Shown: positions 26,201 to 35,165, counted from the first letter of the stretch. The stretch: 64,000 nt of DNA from an uncultured Geminicoccaceae bacterium (GCA_964393275.1 CAYMTA010000009.1:53544-117543); one strand, 5' to 3'. Notes: a model not told the origin generated them from the letters alone. A program made the numbers and translations.

Positions 26201-27006
26201 TCTATGTCAACCGCAATCAGATCGGTGCCGTGGTCGGAACCCAGCCCTTCGGCGGCGAAGGCCTTTCCGGCACCGGGCCGAAGGCGGGCGGGCCGCTCTA
26301 TCTGCGGCGCTTCCGCAAGAGCGGGGAAGAGCCGGCGCTCGCGGTCGGCACGAAGCCGGTGGTGCCCCATGAGGCGAAACCGGTCGACGCCGAATCGATC
26401 GAGGAGGCGCTGCGCGCCATGAGCCATGCGGTCTGGGCCAAACGCTCCGATCGCGCCACGGTGCTGCGCGGCGCCATCGGTCAGGAGCCCCGGATGGAGG
26501 CCGCGATGGCGACGGCCTGGGCCGCCGATACCGACCCCATCGACCTGCCCGGCCCGACCGGCGAAAGCAATCGACTCTGGTTCTTCGCGCGCGGCATCGT
26601 CTTGTGCCTGGGCGAGATCGGCGCGCCTGATGCCGCCGATGTGGCGCTGGAGCAGGCCATTCCGGCGCTGGCGCTCGGCAATGCGGCATTGCTCGTGGCG
26701 CCGGGAGCGTTGCCGCGGATCGAGGCGCTGCGGGCCAGTGGCGTTCCCATTGCCGCCATCGACGGCACCTTGACGCCCGATGCCCTGCGAACCGCGCAAG
26801 GCATCGCGGCGGTTGCCGCACGCGGCGATGCCGGGCTGCTGCGCCCGCTGCGACAGGCCCTCGCCCGGCGCGAGGGGCCGATCCTGCCCTTCGTGTCCGA
26901 CCTGCGCAGCCCGCACATCTACCTGCACGAGCGCACGGTCTGCGTGGATACGACCGCCGCGGGCGGCAACGCATCGCTCCTGGCCGCTTCGGGTAGCGAC
27001 ATTTGA
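23293..27006 (+). CDS. putA: Bifunctional proline dehydrogenase / L-glutamate gamma-semialdehyde dehydrogenase PutA
   Basis: 1237 aa with a PRODH barrel region followed by an ALDH domain (FTGSIATARIIH, ETGGLNAMIVD, SAGQRCSALR). Confidence 0.93.
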   Translation: MRDPADLKRLRGDIRAAYLAEENEVVRHCLDAARLTPEARARISAEAAELVRGIRRDRRPGMMESFLAEYGLTTREGVALMCLAEAMLRVPDTTTLDALIHDKITPSDWGRHLGRSSSSLVNASTWGLMLTGRLLDTEDQRGLVGSVRGLVRRMGEPVVRTAVGQAMKVLGQQFVLGRDIDEAMQRGSSMEERGYTYSFDMLGEAARTAPDAERYLDAYARAIDSIASHAIHPDIRRNPGISVKLSALYPRYEHGQKDRAVPALVERTVALARRAKAAAMGFNIDAEEADRLDISLDIIEQVLANPELDGWDGFGIVVQAYSRRCLPVLDWLGELARAKGRRIMVRLVKGAYWDAEIKRAQVLGLGDFPVFTRKVNTDISYLAGMRRLLELADRIYPQFATHNAHSATAGLHLAAEMGIGHDRFEFQRLHGMGEGLHDILHETRGTQCRIYAPVGVHEDLLAYLVRRLLENGANSSFVNQIVDESITPERIALDPVTALESRLALGAPVANPVIRPPSQLYAPDRRTAKGWDITDPATMAALDLLRDAFRGTQWHATPLLARGGTQGRVLPCRNPADPDNVVGSVRETSDEEVDAAVEAARLAFPDWSARAVEDRAALLERLADLLEENAPELFALMAREAGKTVLDAVGELREAVDFCRYYAAQARHLRQEQAASGRGVFVCISPWNFPLAIFTGQISAALVTGNTVLAKPAEQTPLVACRAVQLMHEAGIPRDVIQLLPGDGATVGARLTAQAGVDGVCFTGSIATARIIHRAMADNAPPDAPLIAETGGLNAMIVDSTALPEQAVRDIIASAFQSAGQRCSALRILYVQKDVEERTIEMLGGAMQTLRLGDPWALSTDVGPVIDAEARGEIEAYCARMEAEGQLIKKLEAPEQGLFVAPAAFRVAAIRELEREIFGPVLHVASFEADELLDTIAEINAAGYGLTFGLHTRIDERVQDAVENARVGNIYVNRNQIGAVVGTQPFGGEGLSGTGPKAGGPLYLRRFRKSGEEPALAVGTKPVVPHEAKPVDAESIEEALRAMSHAVWAKRSDRATVLRGAIGQEPRMEAAMATAWAADTDPIDLPGPTGESNRLWFFARGIVLCLGEIGAPDAADVALEQAIPALALGNAALLVAPGALPRIEALRASGVPIAAIDGTLTPDALRTAQGIAAVAARGDAGLLRPLRQALARREGPILPFVSDLRSPHIYLHERTVCVDTTAAGGNASLLAASGSDI

Positions 27007-27052
27007 CTCACCGGCAACCAGAGCAGCCGCGTGCGTCGCCGACTGGCAGGAG

Positions 27053-27862
27053 ATGTTGATGTCCGAGGCCCATGATGCCCTCAGCCGCGTGTTGCACGAG
27101 ATCGGCGATTGCGCCGTGGCGCTGAGTGGCGGCGTGGACAGCGTGACCTTGGCCGCCGTGGCGCACGGAATCCTCGGCCGGCGGGTCGAGATGATCCATG
27201 CGGTGTCGCCCGCGGTGCCCCCGGCCGCGACGCGGCGCGTGCGCGAGCTGGCCCGGGACCGGGAGTGGCGGCTGACGGTCCTGGACGCCGGCGAGTTCGC
27301 CGATCCGCGCTATCGCGCCAACCCGGCCAATCGCTGCTTCTTCTGCAAGACCAATCTCTACGGCACCATGGCGGGTGCCACCGACGTTGTGCTGCTGTCC
27401 GGCACCAACCTGGACGATCTCGGCGATTGGCGACCGGGCCTGCAGGCCGCGCGTGACCACGGCGTGCGTCACCCCTATGTCGAGGCAGGCATCGACAAGG
27501 CGGGCGTGCGGGCCCTGGCGCGCGAGCTCGGGCTCCCGGACATCGCCGAGCTGCCCTCGGCACCGTGCCTGTCCAGCCGGGTCGAGACGGGGCTCAGGAT
27601 CGAGCCCGACATGCTACGGGCGATCGACGCCGTCGAGACCGATCTGCGGGACGCGCTCGGGCCAAGGACGGTCCGTGTGCGGCTGCGCGCGGAGCAGGTC
27701 GGCGTCGAGCTGGACGATGCGACGCTCGCGCGCCTGGAGGACGCCGACCGGAGGGCCTGGGCAAGCCGCATCGCCGATCGCTTCGGTGCGGCGCTGGGCG
27801 GCCGCCCGGTCGTCTTCGACGCCTACCGCCGCGGCAGCGCCTTCCTGCGGGGCACGTCCTGA
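27053..27862 (+). CDS. PP-loop ATP pyrophosphatase, LarE-like sulfur transferase family
   Basis: ALSGGVDSV PP-loop and APCLSSR cysteine motif (compare LarE ACLASR as recalled). ATG preceded by GGCAGGAG. Confidence 0.65.
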   Translation: MLMSEAHDALSRVLHEIGDCAVALSGGVDSVTLAAVAHGILGRRVEMIHAVSPAVPPAATRRVRELARDREWRLTVLDAGEFADPRYRANPANRCFFCKTNLYGTMAGATDVVLLSGTNLDDLGDWRPGLQAARDHGVRHPYVEAGIDKAGVRALARELGLPDIAELPSAPCLSSRVETGLRIEPDMLRAIDAVETDLRDALGPRTVRVRLRAEQVGVELDDATLARLEDADRRAWASRIADRFGAALGGRPVVFDAYRRGSAFLRGTS

Positions 27863-27985
27863 GCCGTCCCCCGGTCAAGTCGATCCGGCCCGACACTCAT
27901 GAAAGCCGCCCTTCGCCCGCCACGCCTTGCCATCCCCCATCGGACCTGCCACGCGCATCGAGCCACGCCACGTCGGAGCCCGCCC

Positions 27986-28600
27986 ATGACCGATAACCTC
28001 GCCGACCCCGCCACCCTCCGCGAACATTACGGCCAGGTGAGCCGGACCGCCTCCGGCAAGCAGATGGACCGGCTGGACAAGCACGGGCGCCGGTTCATCG
28101 AGCTCTCGCCCTTCCTGGTCATCGCCACGGCCGATGCCGAGGGCCGCTGCGACGCCTCGCCCAAGGGCGATGCGCCGGGCTTTGTCAAGGTGCTGGACGA
28201 CCGCACGCTCCTGATCCCGGACCGCCCCGGCAACAACCGGGTCGACAGCCTCATCAACATCGCGGCCAACCCCAGGATCGGGCTGATCTTCTTCCTGCCG
28301 GGCTACAAGGAGACCTTCCGCGCCAACGGCACTGCCCGGATCAGCACCGACCCGGCGCTGCTCGAGGCCACCGCCCATGGCGGCAAGCCGCCCCGGTCGG
28401 TCATCGTGGTCAGCGTCGAGGAGGCCTTCATGCATTGCGGCAAGGCCCTGATCCGCTCGAAGCTCTGGGACCCTACGCGGCACATCGCCAAGGGCGAGTT
28501 CCCGAGCCTCGCCCGGATTCTCGCCGACCAGATCGAGGGCATCGAGGAGAAGGCGACCGATGCCTTGATCGAGGACGCCTACCAGCGCGAGCTCTACTGA
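27986..28600 (+). CDS. PPOX-class FMN-dependent flavoprotein (pyridoxamine 5'-phosphate oxidase family)
   Basis: FLVIATADAEGRCDASPKGD...DRPGNNRVDSL...NPRIGLIFFLPG pattern. Confidence 0.7.
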   Translation: MTDNLADPATLREHYGQVSRTASGKQMDRLDKHGRRFIELSPFLVIATADAEGRCDASPKGDAPGFVKVLDDRTLLIPDRPGNNRVDSLINIAANPRIGLIFFLPGYKETFRANGTARISTDPALLEATAHGGKPPRSVIVVSVEEAFMHCGKALIRSKLWDPTRHIAKGEFPSLARILADQIEGIEEKATDALIEDAYQRELY

Positions 28601-28609
28601 CCGGGCCCC

Positions 28610-29536
28610 ATGCTCCAGAGGCTCGACCCGGCCGCCCTCGTCAGGCTCGCCGCCAAGGCCAGCCTGACGGTCGCGGTGCTGCTGACCATGGCCAAGCTCG
28701 CCGCCGCCCTGGTCTCCGATTCGCTCGCCATCCTGGCCTCGATGGTCGACAGCCTCGCCGACATCGCGGGCTCGCTCATCACCTTCCTCGCCGTCCGGGT
28801 CAGCCAGCAGCCGCCGGACCACGCCCACCGCTTCGGCCACGGCAAGGCCGAGAGCCTCTCCGCGCTGGCCCAGGCGTCCCTGGTCATGGGCTCCGCCCTG
28901 TTCGTCCTGATCGGCGCCGGCGAGCGGCTGCTCAATCCCAGGGTCATCGAGCCCGGGTGGTTCGAGCTTCTGGTCCTGGCCGGCGCCATCGGCCTGACCC
29001 TGGCGCTCGTCACCTTGCAGAGCTGGGTCGTCCGGCGGACGGGCTCGACCGCGATCGCCGCCGATCGGCTGCACTACACGGCCGATCTCGCGACCAACCT
29101 CCTGGTCCTCGCTGCCCTGCTCCTGATGGCCCGGCTCGACATCGCCTGGCTCGACCCGCTGGCCGGGGCGCTCGTCGCCCTCTACCTCGCCTGGCAGGCC
29201 GCCCGGCTGGGCCGATCGGCGATCGACACGCTCATGGACCGCGAGCTCGACGCGAGCGAGCGGCACCGCATCGAGATTCTGGTGCGCGCCCATCCCGACG
29301 TCGTCGATCTGCACGACCTGCGCACCCGCCGGGCCGGCACCACCACCTTCATCGAGCTGCATGTCGAGATCGACGGGGCGATGACCGTGCGCCGCGCCCA
29401 CCGCGTCACCGACGCCCTCGAGGCACGTCTCGCGGAAGCCTTCGGCGAGACCGAGATCATCATCCACCAGGAGCCCGCCGGGCTCGAGGACGATCGCCTC
29501 GACCACCGTATCGCCGACGTCAAGGCTGCGCCTTGA
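28610..29536 (+). CDS. Cation diffusion facilitator family transporter
   Basis: SLAILASMVDSLADI, HRFGHGKAESL. Six TM segments plus a C-terminal cytoplasmic domain. Confidence 0.88.
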   Translation: MLQRLDPAALVRLAAKASLTVAVLLTMAKLAAALVSDSLAILASMVDSLADIAGSLITFLAVRVSQQPPDHAHRFGHGKAESLSALAQASLVMGSALFVLIGAGERLLNPRVIEPGWFELLVLAGAIGLTLALVTLQSWVVRRTGSTAIAADRLHYTADLATNLLVLAALLLMARLDIAWLDPLAGALVALYLAWQAARLGRSAIDTLMDRELDASERHRIEILVRAHPDVVDLHDLRTRRAGTTTFIELHVEIDGAMTVRRAHRVTDALEARLAEAFGETEIIIHQEPAGLEDDRLDHRIADVKAAP

Positions 29537-29542
29537 AGGCCG

Positions 29543-30115
29543 TCAGCCAGCAATCGGCGGGTCGGCCGGAATCAGCGCCTTGATCGCCGAGATCAGCGTC
29601 TTGAAGGCCGGCCCCTCGGCCCGTTCCAGCCATTCGAAGACGACCATCTCGGCGGTCACGATCGAAACCCCCTGATCGCGCAGCCGCGCCAGCGCCAGGG
29701 CACGGTCCTCCTCCCGCCTCGAGCCGGCGGCGTCGGCCGCGAGGTGCACGGCGAAGCCTGCTTTCTGCAGATCGAGGGCCGTCTGCAGCACGCAGACATG
29801 GGTCTCCATGCCCGTGACGACGATCTGCCGCCGGCCGGCACCTTCGAGCGCCGCCCGGAGCGCGGGCTCGCGCCAGCAGGAGAAGGCGAGCTTGGGCAGG
29901 ACCGCGGCGCCATCCGGCAGCGGCAGCAGGCGCGGATCGGTCGCTCCCAGGCCCTTGGGGTACTGCTCCGAGACGATCACCGGCACCTCCAGCACCGCTG
30001 CCGCGTGCAGCAGCAGCCTTAGCCGGGCGATCCGCGAGCCGGCATCCTGGACGGCTCGCGCCAACCCTGCCTGCGCGTCGACAATCAAGAGCAGCGACTC
30101 TGTCCGGCGCAACAT
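29543..30115 (-). CDS. Isochorismatase-family hydrolase
   Basis: LLIVDAQ..., VTGMETHVCVLQTALDL. Confidence 0.8.
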   Translation of the reverse strand: MLRRTESLLLIVDAQAGLARAVQDAGSRIARLRLLLHAAAVLEVPVIVSEQYPKGLGATDPRLLPLPDGAAVLPKLAFSCWREPALRAALEGAGRRQIVVTGMETHVCVLQTALDLQKAGFAVHLAADAAGSRREEDRALALARLRDQGVSIVTAEMVVFEWLERAEGPAFKTLISAIKALIPADPPIAG

Positions 30116-30295
30116 CGTCCCGTCTCCTCCGTTTTCCTGGCCCCGTACCTGCGACCTCGGCGCCGATCGGTCGATTTTTTCGCACGAGATGGCATGCCGC
30201 CGCCATGCTTGTCATTGACTTCACAACGATCGTCTATACATGCAGGCGCGGCATTCTATGTCACTCACCCCTGTGGCTCCGACCAAGGACTGTTC

Positions 30296-31996
30296 TTGAC
30301 CACCGAACCATCGACCATCACCTTCGCGGAGCTCGGGCTGCGCGAGGAAATTCAGCGTGCCATCGCCGACGCCGGCTATGTGCATCCGACCCCGATTCAG
30401 GCCGCCGCCATTCCGGCGGTGCTCGATGGGCGGGATGTCGTCGGCATCGCCCAGACCGGCACCGGCAAGACCGCCGGCTTCGTCCTGCCGATGCTGCACA
30501 AGCTCGCCGCCGGCCGCGCCCGAGCCCGGATGCCGCGCTCGCTCATCCTCAGCCCGACGCGCGAGCTGGCGACGCAGAGCTCGCAGAGCTTCGACGCCTA
30601 CGGCAAGCACCTCAACCTGACCATGGCGCTCCTGATCGGCGGTGTCGGCATGGGCGAGCAGGAGAAGCTGCTCGAGAAGGGTGTGGACGTCCTCATCGCC
30701 ACGCCCGGCCGGCTGCTCGACTGGTTCGATCGCGGTCGCATCCTGCTAAACGGGGTCGAGATCTTCGTCATCGACGAGGCCGACCGGATGCTCGACATGG
30801 GCTTCATCCCCGACGTCGAGCGCATCTTCCAGCTCCTGACCAAGCGCGGCCAGACCCTGCTCTTCTCGGCCACCATGCCGAAGGAGGTGCGCCGTCTCGC
30901 CGAGCGCTTCCTGCGCGATCCCGCCGAGATCGAGGTCGCCCGCCCGTCGACCAGGGCTGAGAAAGTCAAGGACGTCGTCGTGCCGATCAGCGGCATCGAG
31001 CGCCGTGTGGCTCTCGATCGTCTGCTCGACGTGGAGAAGATCGAGAACGCGATCATCTTCTGCAACCGCAAGCGTGACGTCTCGACCGTCAACAAGTTCC
31101 TGCAACGCCAGGGCCGCAACGCCCAGGATATCCACGGCGATCTCGACCAGAGCCAGCGCCAGGCGACCCTCGACGCCTTCAAGGCCGGCACGGTCGACTA
31201 TCTCGTCGCCACCGACGTGGCGGCGCGCGGCCTCGACATCGTCGATCTGCCCGTGGTCATCAATCTCGACGTCCCGATCCATCCCGACGACTACGTCCAC
31301 CGCATCGGCCGCACCGGGCGCGCCGGCAAGGAGGGCCGCGCCTTCACCCTGGCCGACCCGGACGACGGCAAGTATCTGGCGGCGATCGAGCGGCTGCTCG
31401 GCACCAAGCTCGACCGTCAGCTGATCGAGAGCCTGAGCGACCAGGCCGAAGCACCTCGCCGCTCGAGTCGGGCGAGGTCGGCGAAGCGTGCTCCGGCGCC
31501 CGATCAGCCGGCCGAGCATAAGCCGGCGCCGGTCGCCACGGCAACGACCGACGACAGCGGAGAGGCACCGGCCCCGCGGCGGCGCAAGCGGCGCAGCGAG
31601 CCCGACACCGCCCCGGCGGCCGTCGGGGAGGTCGTCGAACCCGCGACCGCGAATGCCGCATCGATCGAACCCGCCACCGAGCCAGCCGGCACCCGCCGGC
31701 GCCGTCGGCGCCCCGAGCCGGCCGAAGCCGAGTCCGCGACGGCGGCGGAACCTGCCGCCCTTGCGGCGGCCGAGGAGCCGGCGGCATCCGACGACACGCC
31801 GGAGCCTGAGAAAAGCCGGCCGCGCCGGCGCAAGGCCGCTGCCGAAACGCCGTCGGCCGGCGCCGCCAAGGCAGCGCCACCGGCTTCGAAGCCGCAGCGG
31901 GGTCGGGGCGAGCCGCGCGACGAGCCGGTGATCGGGCTCGGCGATCACGTCCCCGCCTTCCTCCTGCGCCCGGTGCCGATCAAGGCCGTGGCCTGA
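30296..31996 (+). CDS. DEAD-box ATP-dependent RNA helicase (RhlE-like) with long low-complexity C-terminal tail
   Basis: Q-motif PTPIQ, AQTGTGKT, DEAD, SAT, HRIGRTGRAG. A TTG at 30296 is the likely start (ATG at 30194 is the alternative). Confidence 0.9.
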   Translation: MTTEPSTITFAELGLREEIQRAIADAGYVHPTPIQAAAIPAVLDGRDVVGIAQTGTGKTAGFVLPMLHKLAAGRARARMPRSLILSPTRELATQSSQSFDAYGKHLNLTMALLIGGVGMGEQEKLLEKGVDVLIATPGRLLDWFDRGRILLNGVEIFVIDEADRMLDMGFIPDVERIFQLLTKRGQTLLFSATMPKEVRRLAERFLRDPAEIEVARPSTRAEKVKDVVVPISGIERRVALDRLLDVEKIENAIIFCNRKRDVSTVNKFLQRQGRNAQDIHGDLDQSQRQATLDAFKAGTVDYLVATDVAARGLDIVDLPVVINLDVPIHPDDYVHRIGRTGRAGKEGRAFTLADPDDGKYLAAIERLLGTKLDRQLIESLSDQAEAPRRSSRARSAKRAPAPDQPAEHKPAPVATATTDDSGEAPAPRRRKRRSEPDTAPAAVGEVVEPATANAASIEPATEPAGTRRRRRRPEPAEAESATAAEPAALAAAEEPAASDDTPEPEKSRPRRRKAAAETPSAGAAKAAPPASKPQRGRGEPRDEPVIGLGDHVPAFLLRPVPIKAVA

Positions 31997-32037
31997 GCCG
32001 GCGCCCGTTCCAGCCCGCGATTTCCCGGGAACCGCCC

Positions 32038-32280
32038 ATGCAGACGATCTTCGTCATGGTCAAATGCGAGCTCGGCCGCTCCTACGAGGTCGCCGGCGAG
32101 GCGGTCGAGACCATCGAGGAGGTCTCCGAGGTCTATTCGGTCTCCGGCCAGTATGACCTGATCATGAAGTTCCATCTCGGCGCCGATGTCGATATCGGCC
32201 GCTTCGTCAACAACGCGGTGCAGACCCTGCCAGGGGTGAAGGACACCTTCACCCTCATCACCTTCAAGGCCTTCGCTTGA
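32038..32280 (+). CDS. Lrp/AsnC ligand-binding-domain-only protein
   Basis: 80 aa with an AsnC_trans_reg-type fold pattern (VMVKCE...VYSVSGQYDLIMKF). No HTH. Confidence 0.65.
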   Translation: MQTIFVMVKCELGRSYEVAGEAVETIEEVSEVYSVSGQYDLIMKFHLGADVDIGRFVNNAVQTLPGVKDTFTLITFKAFA

Positions 32281-32948
32281 CCGACCGGCTGGAGATGCTC
32301 GGGCCAGCGGCCGACGAGACCCCGGGCGAGACCACTCCCGAGGTGCGGATCGTCCAGAGCCGCGACGCCTATCGGGGCTTCTTCCGCTTCGAGGTCGTCG
32401 ATTTGGTGCATCGCCGCTTCGACGGTGCGATGAGCCCGACCATCAGGCGCGAGATCCTGCACATTCCACAGGCGGCTGTGGTCCTGCCCTATGATCCCGT
32501 CACCGACAGCGTCGTGCTGATCGAGCAGTTCCGCGCCGGCTGCATGCGCCATCCGACCGGCGCCTGGCTGCTCGAGGTGGTGGCGGGCCTCGTCGGGCCC
32601 GGCGAGAGCGCCGCCGAGACGGCCTTGCGCGAGCTCGTCGAGGAGGCGGGGCTCGAGGCCCGAAGGCTCGAGCAGATCGCGACATATGTCGCATCGCCAG
32701 GAGCGGTGACGGAGCGCAGCAGCGTGTTCATCGCGGAGGTCGATGCCGGCCGTGCCGGCGGCGTGCACGGCGTGCCGGACGAGGCGGAGGACATCAAGAG
32801 CCACGTCGTTCCGCTGCCGACCGCCCTCGATTGGGTCGAGAGCGGCCGCATTCTCGCCGTCAATGCCGTGATTCCGCTCCGCTGGCTGCAGGTGCACCAT
32901 GCGGATGTGCGTCGCCGCTGGCTTGCGGAGCCGGCGAAAAACGCCTAG
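32277..32948 (+). CDS. Nudix hydrolase (ADP-ribose pyrophosphatase-like)
   Basis: Nudix box GLVGPGESAAETALRELVEEAGL. The TTG start overlaps the upstream stop (TTGA). Confidence 0.8.
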   Translation: MTDRLEMLGPAADETPGETTPEVRIVQSRDAYRGFFRFEVVDLVHRRFDGAMSPTIRREILHIPQAAVVLPYDPVTDSVVLIEQFRAGCMRHPTGAWLLEVVAGLVGPGESAAETALRELVEEAGLEARRLEQIATYVASPGAVTERSSVFIAEVDAGRAGGVHGVPDEAEDIKSHVVPLPTALDWVESGRILAVNAVIPLRWLQVHHADVRRRWLAEPAKNA

Positions 32949-32987
32949 CTCCAAGGCATTCTCCAGGCGACCGCACGGATAACCGCC

Positions 32988-33275
32988 ATGCAGGCACGGA
33001 TCTATCGACCAGCCAAGACCGCGATCCAGTCGGGTCGACGCAAGACCAAGGAGTGGCTCGTCGAGTTCGAGCCACGCTCGCGCGTCGAGGCCGACAGGCT
33101 GATCGGCTGGAACGGCTCGGACGACACCGCCCGGCAGGTTCAGTTGCGCTTCCCCACCAAAGAAGCCGCGATCGCCTATTGCCGGCGCGAGAACCTCACC
33201 TTCCAGGTCTTCGAGCCACACACCCGAGTGGTCGTCCCCAAGTCCTACGCCGAGAACTTCATCCGCCGGAGCTGA
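32988..33275 (+). CDS. NDUFS4-like 'ETC complex I subunit conserved region' protein
   Basis: ARIYRPAKTAIQSGRRKTKEWLVEFEP...IGWNGSDDT, typical of the alphaproteobacterial NDUFS4 homologue. Confidence 0.8.
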   Translation: MQARIYRPAKTAIQSGRRKTKEWLVEFEPRSRVEADRLIGWNGSDDTARQVQLRFPTKEAAIAYCRRENLTFQVFEPHTRVVVPKSYAENFIRRS

Positions 33276-33333
33276 GCGCCGCTGCCGGCCATGCGTTCCC
33301 CCATTCCGTCGGCCCTGCTATAGCCGAACGGAG

Positions 33334-33410
33334 GCGCCCTTAGCTCAGCTGGATAGAGCAGCTGCCTTCTAAGCAGCAGGTCGCAGGTTCGAGTCCTGCA
33401 GGGCGCGCCA
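33334..33410 (+). tRNA. tRNA-Arg (anticodon UCU)
   Basis: Cloverleaf read by hand: acceptor GCGCCCT/AGGGCGC, D arm GCTC..GAGC, anticodon stem GCTGC/GCAGC with loop CTTCTAA, T arm GCAGG-TTCGAGT-CCTGC, encoded CCA. Confidence 0.9.
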
Positions 33411-33439
33411 TCTCCAGGGGTCGCCTGGCGCGCCGCGCG

Positions 33440-34228
33440 CTAGCCTTTCGGTGCGCAGGCCGAAGTCCGTCCGCCGGGCTGCATTCGCGCCGCGCCGTCA
33501 CCGCTGCAAAAACGTTGCAGCGCTGCGATATTGGCGACCTCCACCTGGTTGCCCTGCGCGCGCACGCCGATCGACTTGAGACGCGACAGGCATCGGGAGA
33601 AGGTCTCGGGTTGCATGCCGAGGGCCCCGGCGATGAGCTGCTTGTCGAGCGGCAGCTCGAAGGCGGTTGCTGCCGTGTCCTCCGGGCAGAGCTGCAGGAG
33701 GAAGCGGCCGAGGCGCTCGGTCGACGAGCTCGACGTGCGCTGCTCGATCTGCTCGACCAGCCGGCGCAACTGGCGCGACATCGACGCCAGGATGTTGAGC
33801 GCCAGGGCCGGGTCGGACAAGAGCCGGCGGCGGAACGACTGGGCGGTGACGACCAGCAGCCGCGCGTCGGCGATGACCGTCGCCGTGACCGGGAAGTCGG
33901 CGCAGTCGAACATCGCCGCCTCGGCGAAGGATTCGCCGCGGTTGATCAGGCTGATGACGCTCTGGTGACCGTTGGCGCTCACCCGGTGCAGCATCACGCA
34001 ACCGTCGAGCACGACGTAGAAGCGCGAGGCGGCCTCACCTTGGTAGAAGAGCACGGTGCGGCGCGAGGCGGCGACGACGCTGGCCTCGCCGATGATCTCG
34101 GCCCGCCTCGCCGGCGCCAGATCGGCGAACATCGGCAGCCGGGCGAGGCGCGCCGCATCTGTCGGGCCGAGCTCGCGCGACGGTGGCGAGGCGCCCTGAC
34201 CCGCGGCTGGTCGACACGCCTGCGCCAT
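33440..34228 (-). CDS. Crp/Fnr-family transcriptional regulator (NnrR/Dnr-type candidate)
   Basis: cNMP-binding-like domain plus a C-terminal HTH (LPLDKQLIAGALGMQPETFSRCLSRLK). No N-terminal Cys cluster. ATG preceded by GGGGGGAGG. Flanked by denitrification genes. Confidence 0.85.
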   Translation of the reverse strand: MAQACRPAAGQGASPPSRELGPTDAARLARLPMFADLAPARRAEIIGEASVVAASRRTVLFYQGEAASRFYVVLDGCVMLHRVSANGHQSVISLINRGESFAEAAMFDCADFPVTATVIADARLLVVTAQSFRRRLLSDPALALNILASMSRQLRRLVEQIEQRTSSSSTERLGRFLLQLCPEDTAATAFELPLDKQLIAGALGMQPETFSRCLSRLKSIGVRAQGNQVEVANIAALQRFCSGDGAARMQPGGRTSACAPKG

Positions 34229-34306
34229 GACCTCCCCCCATGTGCCGACCGGTCGTGCCCAGGGGGCGGACAAGAACCGGCGGTCCGCCGATGCTTGCCC
34301 ACATCC

Positions 34307-34320
34307 TTGACCACGGTCAA
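34307..34320. promoter_or_regulatory. FNR/NNR-type box TTGACCACGGTCAA, core of a 26-bp palindrome (34301-34326)
   Basis: Read directly: ACATCCTTGAC-CACG-GTCAAGGATGT. About 85 bp from both divergent start codons. Confidence 0.75.
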
Positions 34321-34397
34321 GGATGTGCGCCCGCTTTGCCCGCTTACTCGGGCTTCGCCATCGAGGCCCGTTGCGGCCGGGCATCCGGGAGGGGCGC

Positions 34398-34580
34398 ATG
34401 GAAATCGTTCTCTTCACCGCCGTCGCCGCGCTGCTCTATCTCGCGGCCGACAGGCTCCTCGTCCTCATCGAGCGGCGGCGGGGCGGCCCCTTGGCGAACC
34501 GCTCGGTTGTCTTCTTCCTCCTGCTTCTCGGGCTGGCGCTGCCGGCCTTCGCGTTGATCCGGTCGTTGCTGGGCACTTGA
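34398..34580 (+). CDS. Hypothetical small 2-TM membrane protein
   Basis: Internal ATG after GGGAGG. MEIVLFTAVAALLYLAADRLLVLIERRR...VVFFLLLLGLALPAFALI. Confidence 0.45.
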   Translation: MEIVLFTAVAALLYLAADRLLVLIERRRGGPLANRSVVFFLLLLGLALPAFALIRSLLGT

Positions 34581-34652
34581 CCGGGTCGATGCGAACGACT
34601 GAGATAGCCGATAATCGTGTCGCGATCCGTCCGTGCATGAAAGGGAGAGATC

Positions 34653-35165
34653 ATGAAAACGCGTCAGTGGCGTGACAATTCGCTGCAATCGCCGAAGGGC
34701 GCTTCAAATCCGGTGCTGGCGCTGGCGCTCGTGGGCGGCCTCGCGGCCATGGCGCCGACCTCGCCGGCGCTTGCCGGCGAGGCCGTCGGCCCCCTGTTGC
34801 CGCCGAACGTGCGCGCCATGCTGCTCGAGGAGATGGCGGCGGTGCTCGGCGCCACCCAGATGATCCTCGACGCCCTGGTGCGCGGCGAGGACGCCACCGT
34901 GGCCGAGGAGGCACAGGCGATCCACGACAGCTTCATTCTCGAGCAGCAGATGACGGATGCGGATATGCAGGCCCTGCTGGCCGCCGCTCCGCCGGAATTT
35001 GTCGAGCTCGACGGTGCCTTCCACCAGCTGGCCGCCGACCTTGCCGAAGCCGCCCGCGCGGGCGAGCAGGCCCGCCAGCGCGGGCTGTTCGGGGAGATGG
35101 TCGAGGCCTGCGCCGTCTGCCACGCGCGCTTCGCGGCCAACCTCTTTCCGGGCTTCACCCAATGA
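34653..35165 (+). CDS. Class II c-type cytochrome (cytochrome c'-like)
   Basis: AGGGAGAG RBS and a signal peptide. Helical, Ala/Glu-rich body with a single CAVCH heme motif near the C-terminus. Confidence 0.6.
   Translation: MKTRQWRDNSLQSPKGASNPVLALALVGGLAAMAPTSPALAGEAVGPLLPPNVRAMLLEEMAAVLGATQMILDALVRGEDATVAEEAQAIHDSFILEQQMTDADMQALLAAAPPEFVELDGAFHQLAADLAEAARAGEQARQRGLFGEMVEACAVCHARFAANLFPGFTQ

Noticed and set aside
23647-26928. 1093-aa ORF antisense to putA
   Set aside because: It lies fully inside and opposite a CDS with unmistakable PutA motifs. Its translation is Arg/Gly/Ala/Pro-rich with no recognisable domains, a typical high-GC antisense artefact.
27875-29506. 543-aa ORF antisense to the PPOX and CDF genes
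   Set aside because: Same reasoning. The sense-strand products have clear family motifs and the antisense product has none.
32988-33275. NDUFS4-like gene as something unusual
   Set aside because: As far as I recall, stand-alone NDUFS4/ETC-complex-I-region homologues are common in alphaproteobacterial genomes. It is ordinary here.
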